DNA of 64,000 bases from assembly GCA_047967505.1 (NCBI GenBank), contig CM106538.1. One strand, 5' to 3'. This document shows positions 51,186 to 64,000 of the stretch, in pieces (position 1 is the first letter of the stretch; every line of letters begins with the position of its first letter). A program made the position numbers and the translations under genes. The notes beneath the pieces are model-generated. The model was not told the DNA's origin and made no database searches. It saw only the letters and a program-made list of their open reading frames with translations. The DNA is from Dipteris shenzhenensis. Taxonomy: Eukaryota.

Positions 51186-52810
51186 ACACCTTTAGCCTGC
51201 TTTTGACCAAACAATTATAGGGCTTCCTTGCTGAACCCGTTTTGAGCAGATATTGAAATTATGGTATTCCATGAGACCACATTTCACACAGGCATCACTG
51301 TAAACACAGATCTTGAATCATCTAGACTCCCACATTTGCCATACATATTGATAAGTGCTGTCCCCACAACAACATTAGATTCCAATTTATAGCCAACAAA
51401 ACTAGCATATGTAAGTGCCCCAATCTTCCAAGGCTTTTTCTTTGGTGCACACATCCAAATGCAAATGAAAATGACCTTGTTATGGTCAATGCTTTCACCC
51501 TGCATTTGACCAAATAGTTGTAAAGCCTCCTCGCTATGCACTTCCTGGAGACAAGCTGTGATCATGGTGGCATTCCATGAGATCGCATCCTGTAGCGCAA
51601 TCTTTGCAAAAAAAACTATTGAATCATGTAGACACATTGTAATCATGGCATTCTAAGAGATTGCATTCCGAAGTGGCATCTATGCAAACACAGCCCTTGA
51701 ATCATCCATGCTATTGCACTTAACATACATATTGACAAGAGCTATCACCACCACCACATCTGACTACCATCTGTTGCCAACAATAAGGGCATATATCTCT
51801 AGACCTTTCTCTAAGGCTGCTACACTAGCACATGCATCTAATACACAAGTAAAAGCTATCTTGTTTTTCTAGACTTGTATTTGAATTTCTTTAAACAATT
51901 GTATAGCTTCTTCGCCAAATTCATTTTGACCACGCTGCATTCTGACCCTCGGTTGGGGACACCTCACCCATACTCTTCCATATATTGCCAACAATAAAAG
52001 CATGGATCTCTCGACCTTTCTCTAAGGCTGCTATGCTAGCACTGAGAACATAGACAAAGGTTACCTTGTCTGGCTTCACACCTTTAGCCTTTTGACAAAA
52101 CAATTGTAGGGCTTCCTTGCTGAACCTGTTCTGAGCAGATATTGAAATTATGGTATTCCATGAGACCACATTTCACATAGGCATCACTTCAAACACAGAT
52201 CTTGAATCATCTATACTCCCACATTTGCCATACATATTGACAAGGGCTGTCCCCACAACAACATCAAATTCCAATTTATAGCCAACAAAACTAGCATGTA
52301 AGTGCCCCAATCTTCCAAGGCTTTTTCTTTGGTGCACACATCTAAAATGCAAATGAAAATGACCTTGTTATGGTCAATGCTTTCACCCTGCATTTGACCA
52401 AATAGTTGTAAATCCTCCTCACTATGCACTTCCTGGAAACAAGCTGTGATCATGGCAGCATTCCATGAGATCGCATCCTATAGTGCAATCTTTGCAAAAC
52501 AAACCGTTGAATCATGTAGACATTGTAATCATGGCATTCCAAGAGATTGCATTCCGAAGTGGCATCTATGCAAACACAGCCCTTGAATCATCCATGCTGC
52601 TACACTTAACATACATATTGACAAGAGCTGTCACCACCACCACATCTGACTATACCATCTGTTGCCAATAATAAGAGCATATATCTCTAGACTTTTCTCT
52701 AAGGCTGCTACACTAGCACATGCATCTAATACACAAGTAAAAGCTATCTTGTTTTTCTAGAATTGTATTTGAATTTCTTCAAACAATTGTAAAGCTTCTT
52801 TGCCAAATTC
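51186..52810 (-). pseudogene. PLS-type PPR pseudogene with ~0.7-kb duplicated block (about 51220-51920 and 52110-52810)
   Basis: SWNATMITACLQ...EEALQLFGQMQGE...KVIFICILDVC...VVVGTALINMYGKCGSLDDSRSVF, with frameshifts. Confidence 0.9.
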
Positions 52811-54520
52811 ATTCCGGGCTAACGTAATAATTATAATACTCCAGGAGTATTTTGATGAAAATAGCTTGTGCATACTCCAAGCTTTCACATTTTCCATACA
52901 TTTCAACAAGAAGGTTACTCAAAAATCTGTTATCCAGATATCCATGCTACTGATGCACACGCTCACTCTAAGAACTAAACAAGGATTTCCTCATTCAAGC
53001 TTTCAGGATAGCAATCATAATTCCTTGTAAAGACAATCTGATTGTGCCCATCCAATATATGTATATGACAAGGGTTTCTAGTTTGTAGCTCCTTAAGCAC
53101 CTTCTTTGCAACCTTGGACCACTCACAATTCCTCCGTACTTGCCAAAATCTGATTTCGTACCCCTCAACAAATGGATCTCATCATACAAGCTTTCAAGAA
53201 GACAGAAGCCTTCATTCCTCACAAGCCCACTCTTCTGGTGCCCGTCTAACCTAGGTGTGGGAAAGCCCCCCCTTCATTCCTAGATCCTCTTCTGCAAGCT
53301 TGAAACCATACAAAGTCAACACACCATATAGCTTGCTGCACATATACCTAGAACAAGAACCACCCAAGATGTTGATATGGCATGTCAGCCATTTTAACAC
53401 TAATACCTAAATGAAAATTACTATATACTAAATGCAAAGTTCTATATCCTAAACTCAAATTGCTACATGCTATATACAAAAAACTGTGTGCAAAATACAA
53501 AATCATACATTCCTAAATGCAAAGTACCATGTGCAAAATGCAAAGTGCTATGTTCTATATCCCAAACTCAAATTGTTCATGCTATATGCAAAATACTAAG
53601 TGCAAAATGCAAAATGATATGAACCCAAGGAAGGGCACGTTCCTTGGTCTTATAATTTTTGGAGAGGAAATGTGCCAACTCTCTCCCCACACGAATGTGT
53701 GGTATATGAACCCAAGGAAGGGCACGTTCCTTGGTCTTATGGAGAGGAAATGTGCCGATTCTCCCCCCACAAGAATGTGTGGTTAAGTTTATTTGTTTAT
53801 GTGTTGGATACAAAGCGCTATATGCTAAATGCAAAAATGCTAGTTGCTCAATGATAAGTGCTAATTCTTAATGCATAAAAATAAAAACTGATAAATGAAA
53901 ATGCTATGTCCCAAAATCAAATAGCTACCCAAAAAATGCAAAAAAATATATGTTAATGCAAAATGCAAAATGATATGAACCCAAGGAAGGGCACGTTCCT
54001 TGGTCTTATAATTTTTGGAGAGGAAATGTGCCGACTCTCCCCCCACACGAATGTGTGGTAAGTTTATTTGTTTATGTGTTGGATACAAAGTGCTATATGC
54101 TAAATGCAAAAATGCTAGTTGCTCAATGATCAAGGGCTAATTCTTAATGCAAAATTCTTTGTACGAAATTCAAAGTGCTATATCTTAAATTCAAATTACT
54201 ACCATGTATATAAAAAGTGATAAATGAAAATGCTATATTCCAAATTCAAATAGCTACCAAAAACATGCAAAAAAAAAAAAGTTAAATAGAAACTCCTATG
54301 TGCAAAAAGAAAGAGCTATTTACCATGTTTTTAATTCGAAATGCTATATGCTATATTCAAATTGGTATCAAATTGGTAAAAATATAAAGTGTTAACAACC
54401 TTGATATTTTGTTTGCAGATTATTCAAATTGCTGAATTTCAAGTCATTTTTAACGCTTTGATCTACAATGGGAAAATAAAGTAGGTGCTTCTACTTTAAC
54501 ATATAATTTACTTTTAAAAT

Positions 54521-57500
54521 ATGAAAAGGTCACTTATTGAAAGAAGAGAACGTGCCTCCTACATTAGCATAGAAAACAAGAAAAGGCGATCACAACCGAG
54601 TTTCTCTTCATGGCTATTCATCGATAAATTTCTAAAAGAATGGAACCAAATTACTTCTCAATATATTTCGAAGATGCAATATTGTGTATTTTATGGTAGA
54701 ATAGAATTCAACACAGGTTCTTTTACAAAGTTAAAATCAGTAATATCACTACTAGAATCAAGTATAACACCATATAGTGGCCTAGGACAATATCACTACT
54801 AGAAAGTGGCCTAGGACATAGATAAAAAATGGCTTGTAAAGCATGCATAGATAGTCCATTCAAACAGTTGTACTCGGTTCCCTATGATCCAGACTATTTA
54901 CAGAATGTATTAGGTGCAGACATATTTCAAATGCAAATGCTTTCTATAATTGATATATCCCTAAATGTTTCTAAAGCTATTACATCTTTAGCAACACGTA
55001 TACTATAAAGAAGATCGATGTTGGATAATCCACTAATATGTTGGAATCGCCAATAAAGATTTTGTAGTAACTCAACAAACTTTCTATCAACAACAAAACA
55101 CGTTCTAGCATTTAACTCTAGAACAAATCCCATATTTAAAAAATACTTGACAATGTATGAATGACTGCATCCAAAACTAGGAGTAAGTGTTCTTTCTTCA
55201 GAAGTTATTTTTGATATTCTTGAAAGACACTCTGCTGACTCACCATTCGATCTTATGAAAATTGCACATGAGGACAACTACTTGTCATTACTAGAACAAA
55301 TTAACATGCTACCTACAACTCATCAATTTAAAAAAAAAACATCGTAGGAAGTCGGCACAATTGTACTTCGTGATTCAACAAGAATTATTGAGCGTTAGCT
55401 CATAACATCTATGGAAGGTCTATCACAATGGGACGAATTAACACTTGAGTATGAATTATTCCCATTCCTCTATCCTTTCAGATATGGTGCTCATGATGGC
55501 AAGATGTTCTTCAACGTATATTTAAAAATGAGAATATCAACATTGTTCTCTGTGTTCACTCTTTATAAACCATACTTGTTATTGATGTACCAAATATGTC
55601 AATCTATTATAATAGCAAATTCTACTCAAACTATAGTATTACAAAGAGATATTGACCAATAAAGACGACAAGATCCAAGAATATCTGAACAAGAGATAAT
55701 TAGGCATATTCTTATGTTTCAAATACCAAGTTCTATTCCTGGATCTCCTTCATGGCACCATAGAAGCTTAAAAGATCTAATGGCAATAGTTGACACATGG
55801 GGCCTTCCCAATATATTCCTTACACTTACTACAGATGAGGTATCAACCACAAGATGGTGTGAAATTGATCAAATAGAAGCCATTGCTAAACAATTCAATA
55901 AGAACTTCACATGGAGAGATTGTCCAGTTGAATGCGCAGTGCTCTTCCATGTGAGACTGCAACAATTCTTTTAGCAAGATATATTCTGTGTGATAAAGGA
56001 GTACTAGGTAGAGTCAACCATCACATCATAAGATATGAGGTACAAAATCGAGGATCTATGCATGCACACATAATGTTATGGGTAGATGAACAAGACATAG
56101 AGATCGTATCAAACCAGATAGATAAATATATCCCTTACATGAATGATTTTAATAACTGGCCAAAGAATTCAATTCAAAGAAAGCTTAACTATATGGTAAA
56201 GGGAAAACAACTAAACCTACTTTAGATCCTCTCACACAAAGATGGATCTACTTCCGTCCATCCCTAGAACATCGTAATGTCATTCCATACCATGCAGGAA
56301 TATTACTCTTGTGGCAAGCACATATGAATATTAAAAAAATAACCAACACATGCCTATCATATTACCTTCTAAAATATGCTATGAAAACCGAACCCATGGG
56401 ACACATGAACTTGAATCCTGGTGATGCAAAACTTCTAGGACTAGATAATCTAGATCCAATTAAGTTAAAAATGATATTTACATACATTCTTTTAAAGCCA
56501 ACATCTCCAACAGAGGCAGCATTGTCATGCTTACAAATATCTACCATTTAAAGAAGTGAAGCTGTGCATTTCATTGACTCCTCTCCCCCATCTATGCACC
56601 AAAAATACCTTCGTGAACATTATGTTTCTGTAATGCATCCTATAGATATATATTGCGATCGTCCAAGTGTCATGTAGAACTTGACCTTCTATGAATTCTG
56701 GAAACAATACATTGTCAAAAGTCAAAGAAAAAAAACAAAGATAACATAACTATTGTAGATTCTTTCGGAAATTATGTATATCCATCAACACGGATTGTAC
56801 GTTTCACAGATTACCACCCTGCTCATCATTTTGAAGGATTTTTTTACAACCTTCTACTAAAGAACGTAAATTTTAGAAATGAGAATGAGCTCATTTCTGA
56901 AAACAATCATACAAAATCTTACTTCTTAGAATGCCATATCCAAGAACTCGTAAAAACAGAAGAAGACATCGAATCTCTAATCGATCAATATTGCAAAGTG
57001 CACTTGCTAATTGATCAAAATTGCCACCAACTAACAAACATGATACTCCAAAAAAGCCCATTACGTGTTATTCAAAACTCCTTTATGGCTTCAATTGACC
57101 TTCATGAAGATACCAATATACATAACATAGCATGCACAAAATTACTTCAAATGATAAACGAGTTCAAGGACTTCAAAGATGCAACTCTTTCTTCTGAACA
57201 CCAAGAAATTTACGAAAAGATTAATGGATCACCCACAGGACTTCATGTCATTTGTGGTACTCCTAATTCAGGAAAGACATTTATGATCAAGTACATTACT
57301 TATAATTATGTAAAACAAGAAAAATCCATTGTTCTAGTAGTAACAACAGGAGCAACTGTAATGAGACTAAGTCAATTAGCAACTACTATCCATCATCAGT
57401 TTGCTCTACCAAAGAGACACAATGTGTTTCGTGCCTCCTTACCAATGTCAGACGAATGATACATAGAATTGCAAAATGCAGAAATCATAATAATTGATGA

Positions 57501-58465
57501 GATCTCAATGATGACATGTCAAACATTAAATACAGTAATTAGACAATTGTGCAAAACTTGCAAGCAAACAATCTTGCAGCCTTTTGAAAATAAAAAATGC
57601 TCTTATTCGGAGATATGTCCCAATTGCCTCCAGTATGTAAATGCAAGGTGCAAGAAAATGAATTTTGTAGAAAATGCTATATTGGAAATTGGGGTTTCTG
57701 GACAACTGCAACCTTTTCATTCCTTCACACATCAATACATCACCTAGAAGATCCAACATACATAGAATTCTTAAACATAATTAGAATAAGACAACCAACG
57801 GTAGAAGAGATTCAATATTACATAGGTAATTTAATCATAAGTGATAGTGAAGCAAACAATTTCATTGACAAGGACACAATTATATTGTGCACCCATCAAA
57901 ATGACACACGATACTATAATGAGCTCATACTACATAAGAAATTCAATGAGCATCAAATTAAAAGCATCACTCTGACATCCAATGCAGATCAAATCTTAGA
58001 ATTAAACGAATGGATAATGGATCCAGATTTCCACTCCATACAACAAATAGCAATAGGAGCGAAAGTGATGATCACAGAAAATATAGATCTCACAATAGGA
58101 GCTACAAATGGCGCTATTCTAGGTGTCATATCACTAGAAATAGATAATAACACAAACAACATTTTAAAAATTCATGCCAAGATCTTATCAACAAATGAAA
58201 AATTCACACTTAGATGATCAAAACATAAACGAAAGGTATTAAACTCCATATGGTATCACAAAACAACTTTTCCAATCACACTAGCATATGCAATTATAGG
58301 ACACAAGTCACAAGGATGCACACTCAAAGGAAAGGCTCTTGTAGTAATACAAAATCATTTGCACCAAGACTAACATATGTCATGCTTTCACGAGTCACCA
58401 CTCGAAACAACTTAAGAATCTTAAATAAAATCAATCCATCTGACTTCATTCCAATGCTTACATGA
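54521..58465 (+). pseudogene. Helitron RepHel pseudogene (HUH Rep plus Pif1 helicase)
   Basis: LFPFLYP.., IPGSPSW..GLPNIFLTLT (motif 1), YEVQNRGSMHAHIMLW (HUH), YYLLKYAMK (motif 3), GTPNSGKT, IIIDEISM, GDMSQLPPV, YVMLSRV; many stops and frameshifts. Confidence 0.95.
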
Positions 58466-58602
58466 ACTTAAAAAAATTAGTAATCAATAGAAAATCCATT
58501 TATTAAATATTTATCAATATAAGAGAAAAGAAACTTTTGATATACAAACTAATATGCAGGATCTATCAAAAAACTTATTTGAAGAACAGCCAATAATAAA
58601 AT

Positions 58603-59176
58603 ATGGCAACATCAGACGAGGTATGTTTTCAATATTACGCATTGTAGTATTTCTTCACATTAGTTTATATTCTAATTTATAATAGATTACTATTTCACAA
58701 ATCTTTAATCAATTCAAAAGTAAAGCTAGATTGGCTCAACAAGATCAAGATAAATCAATAAAAAGAACAAAGGGACAAAATTATTTCTTGTATACAGCTC
58801 AAATGCGTCTCACAAACATGGCTGGAAAGGAACCAAATGAATACATTTATGGATGGAGCACACTACAAGACCTTAGGAATTTCATGGATAACAATCAACA
58901 TGAAGTACAACAATGGAAGGCAGAACATGGGGACAAAGAAATGAGAGCAAACGGTTAGTAATCCAAATTTATTTATAAAAAATGATAAAACTTTACATTT
59001 TAAAAATACAATAAATAACATATACATAATATCAAATCAAACATAATGCAGGTTTAACTAAGTACATAATTCAAAAAATCACAAAAGAGGATGATATCAT
59101 TACTCCAATGATGTTGAGAACAGAAGCACAAGCTATAATTAAGTCAAAATGGAAAATATTATTTAAAAATCTCTAG
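58603..59176 (+). CDS. Predicted 3-exon Helitron accessory gene (unknown domain)
   Basis: MATSDE|gtatgt (58603-58620); exon 58686-58952 ITISQIFNQFKSKA...YFLYTAQMRLTNMAGKEPNEYIYGWSTLQDLRNFMDN...RANG|gttagt; short exon 59052-59176 ending TAG. Confidence 0.65.
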
Positions 59177-59307
59177 GAAATAGCACTAAATTCATTTATA
59201 TATATTCTAGCTCAGTACAGCTACTTGCACAGATCTAGTTATTTTGTTAGGGTAGAGACTGTTATGCTTCTTATTAGGTAAGATGCATCTTAGTTTAAAA
59301 TCCACTT

Positions 59308-59390
59308 GCCCAACCGCCCCCCCCTTCCCCCCCTTCCCCCCCCCCCCCGTCCCCCCGGCCCCAAAGCCCCCCTCCCCCCCCCCCCCCCCC
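59308..59390. repeat. C-rich tract (G-quadruplex potential on minus strand)
   Basis: Many consecutive C-runs read directly. Confidence 0.85.
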
Positions 59391-59820
59391 ACACACAATC
59401 ACACACCCATGGCCCACTTTAAAGGGCGTATTAGCCCCACAGTAAGAGCAGCTCAACTCAGACTCAAACAATCAACATAGCGCCATTCTAACTCGGGCTC
59501 TAAACTTAAATATTCCTTAGACTCGGCCTACTGTGTGGCCTCCATTACGAGGTAGAAAGGAGGCATCCCGAGGGATTCGAACACAAGCAGTGAACTCAGG
59601 TGGGACAACACACGATCGATAGCCGTCTCGTGTCCGCAAGAAATTGCCATAGGCCCTAACAAGCTCCCATGAAGCGTGTGCACGCTGAGAAAATGTGTCC
59701 TTCAAGTTCCAGGTGGTCACGTGATCTGAGCCTCAGTTAACAAACACACATAAAAAGGAGGAGCAGGCCAACCTCTTTAATCTTTAATTCATTCATTCAT
59801 TTCTGCAATCTCCAAAATCC

Positions 59821-60031
59821 ATGGCTGATCCTCAACCCATCCCCGCTTGCCCAGCCCTCGTGCACGTGCGTTGCACCAATGGTAGCAAATTCTCTGTGGA
59901 GACCGACCTTAACTCCTCCGTCGCCTTCTTCAAGGCTTTGGTCGCTCAACAATCGGACATCGCCGCTGATCAACAGCGTCTCATTTACAAGGGCCGGGTC
60001 CTCAAGGATGACAATACGCTTGAGAGTTATG
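59821..60031 (+). CDS. DSK2: Ubiquilin/DSK2-like protein, exon 1 (ubiquitin-like domain); gene continues beyond the window
   Basis: VHVRCTNGSKFSVET...FKALVAQQSDIAADQQRLIYKGRVLKDDNTLESYG matches the plant DSK2 UBL domain. Donor g|gtaggc at 60031/60032, no stops. Confidence 0.85.
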
Positions 60032-62038
60032 GTAGGCTCTCTCCCTTGGAATGTTTCTAAATTCGATTTGTTTGTATTTGCAGTGGATGAGTAGAACCCT
60101 AGGTGCGCTTTGGGCGCTCCCCTGTACGTTATGTTTTTTCTCTGTTTTCTTGGGAATATCGTATGCTTGGAATTTTCAAGTCATTATTAATGTGTGGAAG
60201 ACTTTAAAAGACAATGGCATGTGAAGAATATTACTCTCTTTGGACTTTCGGTTTGCCTCCCACAATCCGTTTTCCAACTTGCAGGAATAAGTTCTAGGGC
60301 ACTATCTCTTTATAGAACGAGATCTAGATTATCGGTTGTAAAGTGACTATAAAAAGCCAGTTTTGAGGTTTCCAGGGAAAGGGCAAAAACTGCAGTCTCG
60401 TTAATAATTAGAGATGTTGCCCTAGTGGTCTTCCTACGAATCTTGGAGCTTTACATGAAGGTTTTTTCAGATTTGAAGCTTCTCACGACTTGCAACTTCA
60501 TTCTTCAAGACTTGGAGACCCTTTTTTATTGTTTGGAACTTTCATTTATCTTTACACTAGGTTATAGCTAGCTTATAATTCTCTCGGAGATGTTCTATGG
60601 ACTCCTAGGAGATGCCTTGTGCACTCCCTCGACTATTTGCTACTCAAATGTAGTCGTCACTTTTTTTTGTTGTACTTTGTCTCATAGGCCTGCAAGGCCT
60701 CTCGAAGACGTTCTCTCTCTCTCTTCTTGAGAGTATCACTCATCATCAAGGACCTCAGGAAAGAGGAGTCTCACATGCACTGAGGATTGCCATCGAACAG
60801 ATGCGGGTGTCGTCCCATCAATTGTGGACCGAGGTAGCTCTCAACTGTGGACCGAGGTAGGCAGAGCTGCAAGCATACCCAGAGAGTAGCGGATCTTTAG
60901 GTTATAGACAAAGGAACATTTCTTATGTGTCTGCCCAGCTTATTATGAGATCCGTGGATGATACCATTGTCTTTTTCAGGAGGGGCACGGGTTTGTCCCA
61001 CTCTCACAGTTGAAGGACCAGGTTTGCATTGGGCTCTATCTGATTGACATGGGACAACATAGTGGGACTATTGCAACAAATCAGAGAGCAGCATGAGAGG
61101 ACACGCTGCAGAAGGTTGAGGTAGATCGAGTACATTGACATGTCACTGACTTCTATGCATTTGAGTCAGCTCTAGGACATAGTGGGGTGGAGGAGGAAGA
61201 GCTAGTTGACATGAGGGTAGTGCAGATCAGTAGGGAGAGACGATGTGATGCTTCCGATCGAGGTACGCGGAGAGACCACACATGACATGAGTACACACGA
61301 TCGAGGTCTGGTCCATCTCGACTCTCCTCAGAGGAGATAGCCAGAGACGAGGCGTCACTCTTGAAATAGCCCATTGGATATAGAGGTTGAGGAGACCATG
61401 TCCTCCGCCACAACAAGAGACAACTTGATAGACGAAGATCTGGGATATTTTTGTAGCACATTGGAGAGCCACCATAACATCGGTTTTGGATTTCAAGCTT
61501 TCAATCTTTTAGTCTTTCAGTTCTTCAGTTTTGATTTTTGAGTTACCTTAGCGTAGCACTTAGCAAGGGCCCTAGCGCGCCCTTTGCTTCAGCTCATAGA
61601 GGCTTGTATAAGTTTCTTCTTTTGATGTACTTTGCCAAACATAGGCTCAGTACGTCAAGCCAACCTTGAACCTGAGATCTAGACCGCCATGAGAGCTAGC
61701 TAGCCTTAAGATCAAGATGTGCTGCCATCCCACATGCCCCTTCCTATAGTTGTTAGTCCGTGACCAACATGACATAGACATAGGAGGCTCCAACCCCTTC
61801 GACCCGAATACTGAGCCCCTAGCTCATAGTTAAAGGTCTAGCACTGGCTGTCTTTAGCAATTAGTCCCAACTTTAGGCATCATGCATAAAGTAGCTTTAC
61901 TTAAAGCCACACTTTTCCCTGATTAGCTTTGTAGCCATGTCTTTCTTAGACTAGCTCAATCCATGGGAACTAAATCTCATCCATGCCAGCTTTTTGCAGA
62001 AGGATTAACATGGTTCTTGCCTCTTAACATGCTAGCGA

Positions 62039-63185
62039 TGTAAGAAATCCTAGATTTACTATACTTAGAAATGTGCTAAGGAACAGAATGGAGACTGAAA
62101 TAGTAGAGAACAAGGAATAATTGTATTGCTTGAATGTCTGTAGGGTATCCGTTGTGTCATCCATATAATTTTGCCTCTCTTATATAGAGAGTGAAGAGTC
62201 ACACATGAAAAGGTGTGTACTCCAAAGTGTGTGTGCATGAAGAGGTGTGTACCCCTTGTGAAGGGTGTGACCCTTGATGAGAGGGTACATTACAATAGAA
62301 ATGTCTCTTCAATAGAGTGTCTCTTGTGCCTCATAGGAAGTGTCCCGTCGAAAGGGCAAGTCGAAAGGGCATACCCTTCCACAAGTGTCCATTCATCAAA
62401 CCATCCATAAGTCTAGAAATAGAGAAAGGAATACGTCACAAATCGTGACATCCCCTCCCACTCAAAATAAGACCCTAGTGGAGATAATGAAACCCTAGTG
62501 GAGATAATGAATTGATGTAGAAAATATCACTGTAAATTCTAAAAATACTGCTATAAAATGTCAGGGTACTGCTGTAAGTCTTCATCAGATTGCCAAGTAG
62601 CGTCGGAATCGTCCAGATCTTGCCAAAGAACAAGGAATTCCGTGATAAGTCGATGTCGAGTCTCTCGCTGTCGATGGTCTAGAATACGCTCAAGAATAAG
62701 GAGAACATAATCGTCTTCGATTTTTGGGACATAATCACCTGCAGGAGGAACTACTTCATCGCCTGGAATGTACGTCTTTAGCCAAGAAACATGAAATGTT
62801 GGATGGATTTGACCCCATGATGGTGGTAATTTCAATTTGTAACTTAAAGGTGAATTTTTCTTGACGATTCGGAAAGGTCCATAGTATCTTGTTCGCAACT
62901 TAGGAAACATAGACTTAACCGTCTTATAGCGATGTGGGGCTACAAATAATAGCACCATGTCACCAGTGTCAAATTCCAGGTGACGTCTATGTTTGTTGGC
63001 AGACCGTTGATACCGCTCTTGCGCTTTTCGCATATGATCCCTGACTTGGAGTAGAATGTTATGCATTTCTTGAACCAGTTGATCAGCTAGGGCCACTCGA
63101 TGTTGAAGTACAAAATTCGTTGGTACAATCGAAGTGTGTCCATAAGCTGCTTGGAATGGAGTCATGCTGATGGCACTATGGAAAG
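62039..63185 (-). mobile_element. Ty3/gypsy chromovirus element A, 3' part (integrase C-terminus, chromodomain, PPT, 3' LTR 62039-62450)
   Basis: MTPFQAAYG, KLRTRYYGPFRI, IHPTFHVSWLK, chromodomain ERILDHR..EFLVLWQDLDDSDATWQ; PPT gagtgggagggga; LTR TGTCACG...TTACA. Confidence 0.93.
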
Positions 63186-64000
63186 TGTAAGAAATCCTAG
63201 ATTTACTATATTTAGAACTGTGCTAAGGAACAGAAAAGAGACTGAGATAGCAGAGAACAAGGAATAACTGTATTGCTTGAATGTCTGTAGGGTGGATGTG
63301 ATTGTCATCCATACAATTTGGCCTCTCTTATATAGAGAGTGAAGAGTCACACATGAAAAGGTGTGTACTCCAAAGGGTATGTGCATGAAGAGGTGTGTAC
63401 CCCTTGTGAAGGGTGTGACCCTTGATGAGAGGGTACATTACAATAGGAATGTCTCTTCATTAGAATGTCTCTTGTGAAGGGTTATGCCTCATTAGGAAGT
63501 GTCCCATCGAAAGGGCAAGTGTCCCGTCGAAAGGTCATACCCTTCCACAAGTGTCCATTCATTAAACCATCCATAAGTCTAGAAAGAGAAAGGAATACGT
63601 CACAGATCGTGACATCCCCTCCCACTCAAAAGAAGACCCTGGTGGAGATAATGAACTGATGTAGAAAATATCATGGTAGATGCTGAAAATACTGCTATAA
63701 AAGATCAGGGTACTGCTGTAAGTCTTCATCGGACTGCCAAGTAGCGTCGGAGTCGTCCAGATCTCGCCAAAGAACAAGGAATTCCGTGATAAGTTGATGT
63801 CGAGTCTCTCGCTGTCGATGGTCCAGAATACGCTCAGGAATAAGGAGAACATAATCGTCTTCGATTTCAGGGACATAATCACCTGCAGGAGGAACTGCTT
63901 CATCGCCTGGAATGTACATCTTTAGCCAAGAAATATGAAATGTTGGATGGACTTTACCCCATGATGGTGGTAATTCCAATTTATAACTTAAAGGTGAATT
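63186..64000 (-). mobile_element. Ty3/gypsy chromovirus element B of the same family, 3' end (LTR 63186-63614, chromodomain 63695-63979)
   Basis: LTR and chromodomain closely similar to element A; the LTR interrupts the integrase of element A. Confidence 0.92.

Larger units (their letters stand above)
53316..59238 (+). mobile_element. Helitron-like element 2 (degenerate); termini tentative
   Basis: 5' TC defined by the homology breakpoint with 50730. Contains a RepHel pseudogene. Candidate 3' CTAG|T at 59235-59239. Confidence 0.8.

Noticed and set aside
53617-54058. CRISPR-like array or hammerhead ribozyme
   Set aside because: No unique spacers or cas genes, eukaryotic context, and no CUGANGA core.
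59207-59480. Gly-rich and Pro-rich ORFs
   Set aside because: They are translations of the poly-C tract.

Overview
Eukaryotic, repeat-dense, AT-rich land-plant DNA. Fern- or lycophyte-like origin is my inference from the decayed PLS-type PPR repeats, the TE-filled intron and the TE types. The only intact-looking host gene is exon 1 of a ubiquilin/DSK2-like gene (59821-60031), whose first intron holds nested chromoviral Ty3 elements. The rest is transposons and pseudogenes: a rearranged Ty1/copia with inverted LTRs (2.9-5.3 kb), LINE remnants, two divergent Helitron-like elements (about 9.0-16.6 kb and 53.3-59.2 kb), a decayed coiled-coil/PHD-like/histone H3 (CENH3-like) gene (20.7-21.7 kb), an 8.76-kb tandem duplication (22864-40378) carrying a CxC-type Penelope-like retroelement flanked by 1-kb direct repeats, a second copia (41-43 kb) and PPR pseudogenes (46-53 kb). 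The most notable signal is a spliced accessory gene downstream of RepHel in both Helitrons. It has a conserved domain I do not recognise and matching intron positions, and in the first element it lies just upstream of a helical domain that splices in frame to a GIY-YIG endonuclease. All alignments were done by eye and element termini are tentative.
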